A DNA stretch of 64,000 nucleotides from assembly GCF_009834535.1 (NCBI RefSeq), contig NC_045696.1, positions 23,562,001 through 23,626,000 on the forward strand, given 5' to 3'. Below, piece by piece: positions 27,191 to 40,580 of the stretch. Position numbers and translations under genes: made by a program. Origin of the DNA: Camelus ferus. Lineage: Eukaryota. The notes under the pieces were generated by a model, which did not search any database, had not been told where the DNA came from, and was given only the letters and a program-made list of their open reading frames with translations. Numbering within the stretch: position 1 is the first letter of the stretch; every line of letters starts with the position of its first letter.

Positions 27191-27278
27191 AGAGAAGGTG
27201 GAGAATTTTCAGCCTTGGGTTTCTGCCTGTAGTCTAGGTGTTACTTTAAGTACTGCATCATGCAGAATCACATCAGAA

Positions 27279-27350
27279 CCTCTAGTGGCAAATCCTAAAT
27301 GGTCCACCAATGTTTCAAGACACACAAAGGAACCAAAGGTTGATATTAGG
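27279..27350 (+). repeat. 72-bp direct repeat, copy 1 (copy 2 at 28971-29042)
   Basis: cctctagtggcaaatcctaaatggtccaccaatgtttcaagacacacaaaggaaccaaaggttgatattagg; 68/72 identical to copy 2. Confidence 0.95.
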
Positions 27351-27897
27351 AGAGCGGCTTCATGAGAATGGGAGTAGGACTCATCCTGAAAGTGCGTGGA
27401 TTTCTTTCCTTAAGGAGGTCTGCCATGTATTTTAAATAACCAGTCTTAATGGTTCAACCTAATAGGTAGAAAATAAGAAGCAAAAGAATGTTGAAGAGAA
27501 ACTTCACACCTCTGTCTTCATGACTGATTCCATGTAAAGACTTCATCAGAATCACCACTCCTGGTTACCATTCCCTACCACTAACCCATTCATTCCTCTT
27601 CGTGGAACGTGATTGTTGTGTCTAAGGTAAAGAACTGAGCATATGTGATCAGCTTTTTCAGAGATCACTTCTTAGATCTTTCTCACTAGATTCTGATCTT
27701 ATAGTGGAAATCTAAAGCTACCTAGCATCTGTGGCCACAAATTCCAAAGAGCTAGCCAATAATATGGATAACATTTGGGTTTCTATGCATTTAACTCAGA
27801 TTCTTTCTTCTCTGTTGACACTGAACACATAAGAGGAAAAAGATGAGTGTTACTTATCACTCTCCTAACCCCATCACTAAATTTCATGGTAACTTAC

Positions 27898-27974
27898 GTC
27901 TCCTCTTCAGCTTTCATTTGGAAGGCATCTTCTAACCAATCTAATAATTTGTGTGTAAATTCGCTCACGTCTTG
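27898..27974 (-). CDS. USP25: USP25 coding exon 8 equivalent, 77 nt, QQD box
   Basis: ccacag|CAAGAC...GAGAC|gtaagt. Translates [25 protein letters not shown](T); phase 0 to 2. Confidence 0.96.
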
Positions 27975-28970
27975 CTGTGGGGGAGAAAAAAAGGGTTGAT
28001 TATGTTTGAGCCTATCAATAAAAATAATAAATACTGCAAAATAAAACTTATGGCTAGTCATTTCAAATGCATAATTAACTGATTCCTCACAAAGGTATCA
28101 TATGAAATATTTCACATCAAATACAAGAAATACTTGTAACTTCACCAGAGTATAACATCAGTATTTGAGAAAAGCGTTATATTGACAATCATGTAATTTC
28201 TCTTAAGGGGGAAATATATATAAAGTCAAACTTACTAATAAGATTTATAAAAAAAAATAACTATCCCCCAAAAGAGCTCTGTAATGAATCTGTATAAAAT
28301 GAAGGACCCATATTACCAAAGAGTTCTTCATTATATAAAGATTTATTACTGGCTTCTTTCTTGGAGGGCATACATGCTTTTCAACAATTAATTTTCTCAA
28401 TTTAACTTTTACACACAACTTTTTAAGCCATATCCAATTCTACCAAGATATCTGTTAACATGGATAGACTGAGTCCAGTCAATTACTGACTTCCTGACTA
28501 TCCAGTCCACCACCTCATGAACGTCACATTGATGCCTCGTTCAGAACCAGCACATACTTTACCTTTGCCATCCCTTCCTTTGGTCCTAGCTCACCTGATG
28601 CAGATAAACAGGAATAGGCAATGACAGTTGTTCTACCATAAAATTCTTTTTATAATCTAAACTGGAACACAGAAAATAGGTTTACACGGAATCTGTGGCC
28701 CAGGACAGGAGACGGATAAATCAATCTTGCTAAGACTGCCTAAAGACAGACAAATAAGTGTAAGCAATTTGCCTTTATTAAAATAGCCCTGAGTATAAAA
28801 TAAACTTATTATCATATATTTTTCCAGCTAGACATTTTTTGACAAGTATCTGGGCCAACATTTTCACCTTTAAAATGCTGAAACTAAGGTCTAGGAAGCT
28901 TAAGCAAATTGCTCCAAAGCCATACAGCTAAAGACAACTAAATTTAACACAAAGAGCCAGTTATAAACAT

Positions 28971-29042
28971 CCTCTAGTGCCAAATCCTAAATGGTCCACC
29001 AATGTTTCAAGACATACAAAGGAACCAAAGGTTGGTATGAGG
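28971..29042 (+). repeat. 72-bp direct repeat, copy 2
   Basis: cctctagtgccaaatcctaaatggtccaccaatgtttcaagacatacaaaggaaccaaaggttggtatgagg. Confidence 0.95.
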
Positions 29043-29049
29043 TATCACC

Positions 29050-29498
29050 TGTAGCAGGTTAAATCGAGGCTTGTGAAAACGTATGTCCACTTGGAACCTC
29101 AGAATGCGACTTATTTGGAATAAAAGTCTTTGCAGATGGAAACAAGGTAAGGCTCTCAAGATGAGATCGTCTTGGATTAAGGTAGGCCCTAAATCCAATG
29201 ATGGGTATTCTTACAAGAAAAAAAAAAAAGAAAAAGTAGCAGGCACATAGACACACAGGGGAAAGGCCATGTAAAGACGAAGAGAGAGACTAGAATCACA
29301 AGCTAAGGAACGCCAGGAGCCACCAGATGATGGAGGCAAGAAAGATTTCTCCTTTAGAGCCACTGGAGGGAGCATGGCCCTGCCAACACTTTCACTTTTG
29401 AGTTCTGGCTTCCAGAACTATAAGAGAACCATTTTCTATTGCTTTGAAATCACTAAGTTTGTGGTAATTTGTTACAGCTGTCCTAGAAAATTAATATA
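29050..29498 (+). mobile_element. MLT1B/C-like MaLR solo LTR
   Basis: Starts tgtagcaggttaaat. Contains acctcagaatgcgacttatttggaa, ggccctaaatccaatga and ggccctgccaacac...ttctggcttccagaact. Ends tttgttacagc...gaaaattaatata. Confidence 0.85.
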
Positions 29499-30518
29499 AT
29501 ACTTAAAACAACTTTCTGTACTCTTCTATAATTTTGCAAAGTTATATCTGACAAGAAACAAAAAGGTTTCCCAGTTGTCACACTACTTTTGAGAAGAAAT
29601 TGTTGGTGGGGGGGGGGGACTGAAAACACATATACGCAAATTCTGATTTGACCACCTTATTTGCTATTTATCTTTACCATAAAGGGTGAATTAAAAAAAA
29701 AAAAAGCAACAACAGGGAAGGCAGTGGCAGACATCAGACATCTTTTAAAATCCCCTAAACACCCTTTCCACACACACATCCACATTAACAGATACACATC
29801 CAAGTAGTACACAAACCACACTGTAAATGTAGTGGCTTTTTAAATCTCTTCTCAAGTAATGTCTTTTTCTTCTGCCTATTACTTCACTGTCATCTTTTCC
29901 AACACTGTTGCTATTACTATCTGCTACTTTCTTTGTATCTCTTCTGTTTTCCTTCTTAATAATTTCTCTGACTTCTCAAATTACTGTGAAAATGCTGGTT
30001 TGTTTATAGACATTTTCATTTTTACAGGAAAATTCACAATATTCTTTTTAAGAAATTAATAAAAAGCAACCAAACAGCACTACATAAAGATTGGAAAATA
30101 AAACAATAACAAAGTTAATGTCATTCAGAAACCTTTTCTGAGTAATTAAGGAAATCTACCTCCTGCCAGCAAAAACAGGCGTATCAACAGCATGTAATAC
30201 TATTACCGACACTGGATGACCACACCTTTGTGAAAATTTTTAATTACACATTTGTAAAGTCCTAATTTTACCTATTCTTTTCACTTATTAATTTTAAGTA
30301 TAATATAAATTAAAGCTTATTTATCATACTTTAAAGATTATTACTATTTTTTAATTTAAAAGTAAATCTTCCAAATAATGTTTTAAGTGGTTCCAGCTTA
30401 TTTTTATAAAGATAAACAACATCTTCAACTGTCATTTATCTTTGAAAGAACTGTTTAAGGAGAAATCAGGTTAAAAAAATACAAATAGTTAATAAACAAG
30501 TAAGCACAACAAAGCTAC

Positions 30519-30656
30519 CTGCTGGGAATCATTTGATTTGAAAGCGTCCTTAAGAATTTCAACTGCTCTTGATGGATCAACGTATTTCCTCTTAGTACCA
30601 ACAAGAAGTGCAAACAGATACCGAAGCTCACGCATAAAAGGCAAATTCCGATGCTC
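30519..30656 (-). CDS. USP25: USP25 coding exon 7 equivalent, 138 nt
   Basis: cgatag|GAGCAT...CAGCAG|gtagct. Translates [46 protein letters not shown]. Confidence 0.96.
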
Positions 30657-33600
30657 CTATCGGAAAAAAAGGAAAAAATCTTTAAGTGAAGATTAAACTG
30701 GTAAACAGATACTCATTTTAAAAGTAACCAAAAATTTAACTGACATAGATTAGGGATGAATCCAGCACTCCTATATCATAGAGTGTCAGTGTCATCTAGG
30801 AGACTGAAAGGAGGAAGAGACAAATATGAAGACAGCAGAGGATCCAGCCTAAGCTCACAACTTCAGCATAAATGCCACATATTCATAGCAAATCAAGTCA
30901 TTACCCAGCCAAAAATATTCTCATTCAAGTCTATTTATTATAATCCTTTCCATTCAGCAAAGCCCAGCTGCTGCTGAGGACAGCAATAACAAGAGCCAGC
31001 ATTCAATGAATGTTAACCACGTGCCAGGCACTGTTTAAGTACATTACCTCAATAAACCCATTTAAGCAAAAAGCCCTCCTCCTCCATGAAGCCATCGCAG
31101 GCCACTCCAAGTCAGTGAGCCTCCAAACTCCATAGCTACTGAAATCAATGTCCTTCACCCAGCAATGAATCACCAACTGCTACTGCTGCATGATAATACT
31201 AATTATCAGACTACTATTAGTCTAATAAGTAATTAGACTAGATCCTAATATTAGACTAATGTATCATCCTTCTAATTTTCCTATGAAAACTCACTTTTGT
31301 TTCTCAATAAACTGTAAGTTTCTCAAAGACAAGAACATTAATATCTCTCTCACAACTTTTCGCTATACAAAGCAGGCATTCAATTCTCACTGACTAATTA
31401 AACCGAACCTTCCAGAAGGAACAAAAACAACCTGATATTATCAATCACCAACAATTTATTTTAAAATAAGAAGAAACCTTTATATAAGAATGTAATCCAC
31501 ATACCTTAGTGAAATATGCTATAGTAACAAAACAGACAAGTAGTTCTTACTATAGTTAGTTCTTAAAGTAACAATTGAACAGATAAAGCTTATATATACT
31601 ACTTAAACATTAGAAATTTTTCCAAGTTTGTAGAGTTGTCATTCTCAATATTATAAAATTGTAAGTGTGTCTGTGTATGTACAGTTGCTGCCCAGAGTAA
31701 TATAATCAATTAATAAAGGAATAGTTGTTCCCAGTATGAATTAAAAGATATCCTAAGAAATAGGTGTAAGGGAATAAAATGGATTCCAAATAATTATTTG
31801 ATCTAAAAACTATGCACACATCACAACAATCAGAAAGTACATAAATTCTAACATAAAAATGCTAAGTTATAGAAAACATGGATTTTATATCAATATGATA
31901 AATTCCACCTATGATGATAAAGGTTAAATGTAAGTTTTAAATGAGATAAAAATTAGTCCATGATTTTTCTGTAGTATTTACTACTCCCAAACAATTGCCC
32001 CACATAAATAGGTTTAAGGAGTATAAATACTAAAAAATTTAATCCACAAAATAGTTTCAGAAATATCCTTAGTTTTCTGAGATCAATTTCTTCATTAATC
32101 ACTCTACCTAAGGCAATGCTGTTTTTTGAGACATTCCTTGCCAAGTAACAAAAATGAAATAAGTGAATTTTGAAAATTAAGTGAAATTCTTCTGAGAAGT
32201 ATACGTGAAAAGTTAAATACTTTAATATAATAAAACATTTTTGTTCTCAGCCAACCCTTATGGCTAGAAAATCTTGAATTTCAAAAGGCAAAAGAGTGAA
32301 TCCTGTTAAGACCAGCTACTGTACTTGGCTAAATTATGAAAATACCACCATAAATAGAAACTATTCAAACACAATTCTTCATCATTTTTATCAAGATGTA
32401 ACTGATGTACAACACACTGTACACTAGAAAATGCACAATTTCTGAGCTTTGCACATGTATACATCCATAAATATAGCACCATGATCAAGATAATGTACCT
32501 ATCCATCACCCCCAAGTTTCTTCATTCCCTCACTCTCCTCCCTAATCATTCCCAGGCAATCATGGTTCTGCAATTTATATAAATCAAATCATACTCTATG
32601 TAGGGAGACCTTTTTTTGTACATAAAGTCTACTTGTACTAATGTCACACTGACACCTTTTTAAAACCTGTCTTTTATCACCTCAATTGAGCTGAATTGAA
32701 TTGTAACACCAATTAGTGGCTGGTAACTATAAATCCCACGTTTGCTTCAATGATGTCAAGATACAGTATCCATTGCTATTCCCATGCCAAATTAAAGAAT
32801 AACTTCATTTATGGAATAATCTTTCATAAAACTGCGTGGCATTCTTTATTTAGTGTCTTTTTCAGAACAGAAGTAGAGATTCCTTTAATTCCTTAAACTA
32901 AAGGGATATCTAGACATGCAGACCTTTCCACTGTGAGGAATAAATTTCTCTAGAAAGATGCTAAGATTGGATTCATACATGTCTCTAGTATTCTGCTGAT
33001 CATTTTCATGACCCCCAAACCAGCTCTGGTACATAAGCATGGATATCACAATTGTTTTTTCAAGTAAGATTACAAAACTGAATGGTCTCATTCAACACTT
33101 TAAAGAATAAAAGAAATTAAAACTTTGTAAAGCACTAAAATCCAGGAACATAAAAGCAAAGGTCAAGATACATATGAATAACAAATTGGAAGCAGTAATT
33201 CTAAATAACCACATGAATTATAAATATACTTCAACTGAGACATCAGAAGAAAGAACTATAATTAACAAACTGCAACAGAGAGAGGCAGCAGTCCAAAAAG
33301 TTTCATGTAAAAATGGTAATGACTGAAAGGGATCTGCTTAATTTCTCTGTAGTATGAGAGGTTGTCAGGTGATTCTGGTTCTCTTTTAAAAATGTCTTGT
33401 TTTTCAGTTTGACACTGAGTAGACAAAAAGAGTATAGCTTGAAAAAGCCAATTACAAATCAAATTATATTATAATTTACTGAAACCTAAAACTTTAACTT
33501 CTTTGTCTTTGCAGCTAGTCCCCTCGAGGGCTACAGTTTCTTTATGACAAGATCACCAAAGCCCTGCACCTAAGCATATCATCTCTATAATTAATGTTTT

Positions 33601-33659
33601 CATTAAGTATGAATTTCTGTATGCAAATCAGTCCTACCTTTTGAAAAGCTAACATAAAC

Positions 33660-33885
33660 AGTATAATAACCAGCAACAGCTGACACTTGGTACTTACTAT
33701 GTACCAGATACTTCTAAGTCCTTTATGTGTTTTATCTCATTTAATTCACACAGCAACTCTATAAAATAATTGCTATTACTATTTACACTTTTCACATAAG
33801 GAAACCAAGCAGAAACAGATCAAGTAACTAGCTCTAGCTCCACAGCCAGAACCCAGAAGAGCTGGCCCTGCTGTCTGCGTTCTCT
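33660..33885 (-). mobile_element. MIR SINE
   Basis: Contains acttactatgtaccagatac...tctcatttaattcacacagcaactctat...cacataaggaaaccaag. Confidence 0.7.
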
Positions 33886-34330
33886 GTCACATTATATTGC
33901 CTGTATTAGAAGTTACAGATCTGCACTGCAAAGACAGCCAGTGTAGAACTAATCTTCTAAAGACTTCATCTATAGAAACAATTGAAAAAATTTTTATCTC
34001 CACATAATTTTTCAGAAGACAATTGAGGAAAAGACCTGGAATTGAAAATGGTAACCTATAAAGTTTACTGAAATTTGACATTCCTGAAAGAAAAAAGCAA
34101 TTACTAAAGTGAGACAAAAATTGGTCTATTACTGACACACAGATAAAGAAAAATTCATACTTACAATATACTGACTAAGAATAGGAAGTTACTGTAGTAG
34201 TTGAGATTAATGGGTTGACATTCAAATTTGACACTGTTTCATATTCAATTTGGTAAATGTCCCAGAATTAAGCACAGTAAATGAATAAGACCATATAAAC
34301 TCTGCTTAAAAAAATCTTTCAAAATTTTAC

Positions 34331-34417
34331 CTTTTGGTTTCGGGGTAAATCTTGAGCATTTGATGGAGGCTTATAATTCAGAACTAATCTTCTAAATTCC
34401 AAAAGATTGAATAATGA
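34331..34417 (-). CDS. USP25: USP25 coding exon 6 equivalent, 87 nt
   Basis: ttccag|TCATTA...CAAAAG|gtaaaa. Translates [29 protein letters not shown]; phase 0 to 0. Confidence 0.96.
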
Positions 34418-36189
34418 CTGGAAAAGAACAATAATTTAAGATAACCAAATGGAAAATTCTAAACAGAACTATAAAAATGAGTGGTCTGACCAATTTATTT
34501 TTGACAACTAGGCTACTTATACACAGAATTATTCCCACTAGCACAAGAAGGCTTATTTTCTCCCTAAGAAAAAGTCATATTTCTTTTATTTTGACATAAC
34601 ATTCTTGATCATTAACAATATCTACTCTACTGCAAAGCAGAAAATTATACATGAACAACTCAAAAAATAATACTGTATATATTATTAAAAGTTTTAGTTC
34701 TTTAAATTACTATCTGCCTAAGCAGTTTCCTCAAAATAAAATGTACACAAATGCAAAGTCAAGAATTTTTTCAACATGTTCAGTATGAGTTATCTAGAGG
34801 CACCAATTCTACAAAAATATAGTACAAATACATTTATTGGCCAGATGTTAGGTGATAGAGGCACAAAGAAATTACGTATTAACTCTAATGGTCAAAGAGA
34901 CACACAGACTAGAAAGGAGACAGATATTTAAATGTAACAATAATGATGTAGCTCCAAGATACAGTAATATTGATCATGTAGAATATAATGAGAGCATATG
35001 AAAGATGCCCATGGTTTCCTGGAGCTATGTTTTTAAACTATAGCTTGTAACCCAAGAATGCATCATGGTGAACACTTATTTTAAAAAATAAATAAAATAT
35101 AATGGAAAATATCAAACCATGTCATAAACAGTGTCTTTACCACAGGGAATTGTTAGTAAGATTTCCATTGGAGATATTTTACACACATATGTATGAGGAA
35201 AGTATTTTACTATGTATTCCTTTCTGAGTCAATTTATGAAGCTTGAAAATCACTCCCAAGAGGTGATAATGTATTAAATCTTAGTAAAAGATGGGTTATC
35301 CAACTTGCTAGAAATAAAGGTGGCACCACAAATCAATGAGAAAACAGGATTTTGTTTAGTAATTGGGTGTTGGGAAGACTGGTCCACTATATATAAATAG
35401 AGTTGGATATAGATATACAGATACAGATGTGGATTAAAGACCTAAATATGAAAGTTAAAACCATAAAACTAGTCATTGTAATATGAAAATACTTAATTAA
35501 ACAATGTGAACACATGAGATAATTCACTTATTCATTCATTTAACAAGTATTTATGAAGCACCCACTTACACCAGAAACACGACAGGTAGCAGAGAATAAA
35601 ATATATCAAGTCTCTGCCTCTGTACAATCTTGTGATTGCAGGTTAAAACCATAAGAGTAGATGTTATAAATCAGAAATAATCTGAATACAATAATAATAG
35701 GCCAAGAACAGAAACTTAAGAAAGATAAAACACTTAAAAGCCAGAGGAAAAAAAGAGCTAGGAGAAAGACAAGATAAGAATAGTAAAGGAAGTGAGGAGT
35801 ATGAGATCGCAGAAGAAAAAAGGAGTAGAGAAGGCTTTCAAGTAGACAGTTGAGTATCAGAATAACTGTGGAGCCTTAAAAACATACCTATGTCAGGGAC
35901 TTCTCAACAAAGATATACAGTACCACAGAAGAGTCTGAAGTACATCAAAGAATCACTGGCAAATTTCATAAGGACAAGATTACCAAAGTTTGAAGGATGC
36001 CATGTTCCAATATGGTAAGAGTAGGAAAATAATCTTTAGATTTGGCAATTGTGAAGTCACCTTTTTTTGTGTGGAATAGTAGAAGAATAGCAGCAATGAG
36101 TCCTGAAGCAATGGGATACAAAGTATGAGGGACAAAGTATGGACTCTAATGTTCTTATGAGGAATTTAAATAGAGAAGAGAATAGTGAC

Positions 36190-37560
36190 AAATCTGGAGA
36201 ATCTCAATCCCACTTGCATGCTCTGAGCTCCCATTGGAAAACATTTTCCTTCTCTGTGAACACCTATTAGAATTTTCTCTTGTGTGGGTATTCTGGTAAT
36301 GAAATACTTCAGCTTCTGCTAGACTGAAAACTGTTCTTTAAGAAATTTTTAAAAGACTTTTGCTAAAGTCCTAGATGGCCAGTTATATCTTTTTCCAGCA
36401 CTTTAAAGATAGTATTTCTGTTGAGAAGTCAACTCTTAGTCTATTTTTGCTCTTTCATAGAGGAGATATGTATTTTTTCCATCTCACTACTTCTAGAATT
36501 TTCTGTCTGTAGTTTTTCTGCTTTATTACGATGTGCCATGGCACAGCATTCTTTGTGTTCATAATACTTGGCTCCTATTTCTTCCTGAATGTATAGCATG
36601 ACCTTTTTAACCAAGTTTGGAATATTCTTTGTCATCTCTTTAAATATTGTTGTTGTCCTCTTTTCTTTTTAGACTGCCTCTGGAACCACAAATAAACTAT
36701 GTTAGTACTATTCACACCATGTCCATAATATTTCTCATATGCTTTCATCTGTATTTCATGACTTTAGTCTGAAAATGTCCTTTGGACTAACTGTCCAGTT
36801 GTCTAATACTCAACGCACTGTTAAACTCATCCACTGATTTTTTTTAACTTCATTATATTTTTCAGTTCTAAAATATTTTTTATAGTTTTTAGTTTTCTAT
36901 CAAAATTCTCAATCAGGCTTCTAATTGAGCATATTAATAGTTATATAATTAATAATTCAATTTTCAGGTTTCCCTGTAGGTGTATTTCTAATTACCTATA
37001 ATTTTCTCTTAACTTTTGGACATATTTTCTGATATGATCAATTATGACTATTTGAGCAGTAAATACCATATTAAAAAAACCGGATAAAATTCAGAGTTTG
37101 AGATAATATTATCTTCTAACAGAGTTTACATTTCCTTCTGGCAAGCAGCAAGACTGAGACCACCTGCAATCCCAGACCACCTTAATCCAACCAATTCTGA
37201 GATAATCTCAAACTAAGATTCACAAAATATAAAGCTTGGCCTATTTTTAGCTCTCAGTTAATCCTGGGTTTAAGCCCTTTAGGATTTAACTAAAAATCTC
37301 AGGTGTTTACTAGGGCTCCAAGTCTGTGAGAAACTTGCTTAGCTCTCCAGTCACTCAGCAGCCATTTCTGGAATTGCCTCAAAGATAAAATCAGCCCAAA
37401 ATATAAAGCTTACTTTAAAAATCCTGTTCTCTCAGAGCATAGCCTCAAAATTCCTCACTGCTTTAGGACTATGTGATCCCCTCAAACAGTTGGTTTTCTT
37501 TTTCTTTTATTTTGTTTTGGGCTTCAGCAAAATATGACCAGGTAGATGGCTTAAAATAAC
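36190..37560 (-). mobile_element. Ancient L1M/HAL1-like ORF1 and 5' region remnant
   Basis: ORF 36441..36635 begins MTKNIPNLVKKVMLYIQE, resembling the L1 ORF1p ENFPNL...IQE motif; T-rich on the plus strand. Confidence 0.55.
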
Positions 37561-40417
37561 AATGTGCTATTACCGAAAGAATTTGTGACCATGGATTATC
37601 ACGACAAATCACATAAATTAATTTTTTTAAGTCTCAAACACTCTGTACCTTAAATTAGTCATAGTAGTATTAGTCAACATATTCCTTCAAAGGGGTGGGA
37701 AAGGATAATTGTCACTACTGCCTAAACTGTGTTTGTGAGTCAAGTCAGACGTTTTGAAAACAAGTATCCTTTCATTCAGTCCAAAGTTCCTACTGTGAAT
37801 TTTGAAGAACACTTGTTAAAGTTTGGCTAAACTCTAGTTAATACCAGACAGCTAAATGGAAGATGAGAATTTAAACACATAATTTGTGGAAAATAAAAAG
37901 AGTGATGACAAGAGAGCAAAGGGAGAGATAAACTCTCTATGATGAAGGAGACTAAGGAAAAGCAAGATAAATTCTTCTTGGTGGATTTTTAAAAAATGGA
38001 ATGGCATCACATATGAACATGTTAAGTGATATTCTGAAATTTTTTGAAAACTTGGGGCATCTTTTGAATCCCATACTTCATTAGAGTGAGTGACAGAAGC
38101 ACCTTAATACCACCATAGATGATACATGCTCCTTTATAATTCATTCATTCACTCACTTAAAGGGCTCTTCCAACATACCAGACACTCCACTGTACACTGG
38201 CATAGAACAACAACCTAGAAGTTGTTGCTCTCTGCCCTCAAGATGCCTGTATTTTTGTCAACCTAGAGTTTCATAATTTTATGCATAAGCAATCACATAG
38301 TTTATTATCCCAACCCTTCTAAGTATCAAAGAGGGCTTTAAGACCAATTAACAGTCACTGATAGACAACGGGAGTAAACTGGGACTGTACCAGGCTAACT
38401 GAGAAGTATGAGCACCTTACTTCTGAGCATTTTAGAGGCATCCAAATGGGAATGGTGCTAAGGGTCATCATGAGAAATCCATGGATTACTTGAACTCAAC
38501 ACCGCAAACTAGAGAGGAGAATATATACCTATGAGTAACTACCTAATTTGCTGACATCCTCGTGGAAAAAGCAGCCCAATTAGTACCTTCTACACAAAAG
38601 TTCCATTTGAACAGGATAAAAATAGTCCTGACCAAGTAAGAGGTTGATGCCCAATCTAAAGACAGGCTAATACTGCTGGCGTCCAGACGATCACGTAAGC
38701 CATTTTCTGTACAATCTTCTGTTTATAGTCCCTTTCTGACATACTGTTCTCCTTTTCTCCCAAAATACTTAGGTTCTGGTACCTAAAGGAACAAGTATAA
38801 CAAAGCTAACCCTCTAATCAGTGAGCCTCTTCTACTCGCCATACTAGTACAGAGATAGAATCTACCTGTCCAAATACAGGCAACAAAGTGTATTCATGAA
38901 CACTCAGATTCACAGCCTTGAAATTGTGCTTCATATTTTAAAATGATGCCTCAACTATGAAATTTAGATTGAACAATAAAATGTAGAAGCCCTTTCTAAC
39001 AGTGCAAGTAAAGTAAACCAAGATAGCCTATTAAGAAGATCTAAGAGAATCTAAGATAACAAAGTTTGAGATGTTGTTGGCATGTAAGTGAATAATTCAT
39101 ACATACTCAAGGCCAGGAACAAAAATATTATTACAAATTTATGTTAATCTATGTATTCCTCAATATTTTAATAGCCTGGAAAACAACCAGCAATAGAATA
39201 TTATTATTATAATATAACCACAGTTATTAAAGAGTGAAGCATAAATCCAGGAAAATCAAAGGAAATCAAACTGTATAATATTATTTGCCAGAAGCAAAAA
39301 GGCAGAAAAAAGTTGGACATTTTAACATTGAGGTAGAAAAGAAGTTTAAATTACAGACTAATCGCCTAGAGAGCACAATTAGCAACCTTGTAGAAATGAA
39401 CTAAATAATCTGTTAGTTGCTTTAGTATCATACGAAAGTGGTATATTATGACAGTTTACACCATCACATAGGTTTAGAAAGTTACAAAATGAAGATATTT
39501 AAAAAGGACTCATCAGAAACACTAAATAATAAGCTACAATTCAGCTGTATTAGAAACATAAACACAAATATTAATTTTCCTAAATTATTACTTAAAATAA
39601 TTAAGAGCATGTTATTATTCATAGATTGTTTTATTTAAGGAGATTGTTTAAGGTTTTGAAATCTGATGGATATCATTTTCAATATCTGAGAGTGGTAAAG
39701 AATTACTCATAACACAAGAAAGAGTTTAAAAAATAAAAACTAGTCCACATTGAGAAGATGACAGATACCTACGTATACAAGCATTTTTCATTTTCGAATA
39801 AGGGGCTCAAGAAATATTTCATTAAGGCGTTTCCAAGTTAGGAAGAGAAATGTTATTCTTGACTTATCAGTATTTATTTTTTACATCAGTCTCACATATG
39901 CCTTAAGAATTTGTCAATCTATTCTCCTCTCAACTAAAACGTCCTCTTACGTAAAAATAGTATTTAAATGACTATAATTCTTAAATGTCATTTTCTATTA
40001 TATACAAATAAATCTGATCTGACTCACAAAAAAAAAAAAAAACCAGTTCTGGTTTCACATCTTGGTTACATCCTTCCCTAAATTTGCAGAGATTTACACA
40101 CAGTAATATTTTTCTTTCTAATCTGACAACAATTCCTAACAGTAAGGATGGAGGAGAAATTAACTGCAGATGAGAAATTAATTCCAAATAAAGCATAAGT
40201 AGTGTTCTATCATTAAAACTCCATACTGGGAGTGAGAAACCAAAGGGTGGGTGCGTGGGTGGGAATACTGCAATCCCCAAATGGTTCATTAGACAGAAAG
40301 GCATATTAAAACCTTGTCTGCAGTTTTAAAGTACACGACTAAAAAAAGAAACACAAGTCCAACCCACTTTCCACTGCTGTCACACCCACCAGGTAAGATG
40401 TGCATAAAGATCCTTAC

Positions 40418-40580
40418 CTGAATAACAGCACTAAACCAGCAAGTATTGCCAACATTCTTTAGTCCAACAGGAGCTCTGTCCTGCCTTTTTCTATCATAAG
40501 GGTTTCGAGAATCCCTCCAAACTTCAGTAGGTGTCCTCTTCAAACATGCTTTATTTTCTGCTATGCTGGCTTCAAGAACC
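40418..40580 (-). CDS. USP25: USP25 coding exon 5 equivalent, 163 nt, Cys box with the catalytic Cys codon TGC at 40439-40441
   Basis: cttaag|GGTTCTT...ATTCAG|gtaagg. Translates [54 protein letters not shown], containing the USP-family GLxNxGNTC motif. Confidence 0.97.

Noticed and set aside
31214..31260. Short inverted repeats (tagtctaat/attagacta; also atttgatcc/ggatcaaat at about 49822-49847) as miRNA hairpins or terminators
   Set aside because: Stems of about 9-11 bp in AT-rich DNA are expected by chance and are too short for a pre-miRNA. Intrinsic terminators do not apply to a mammalian intron.
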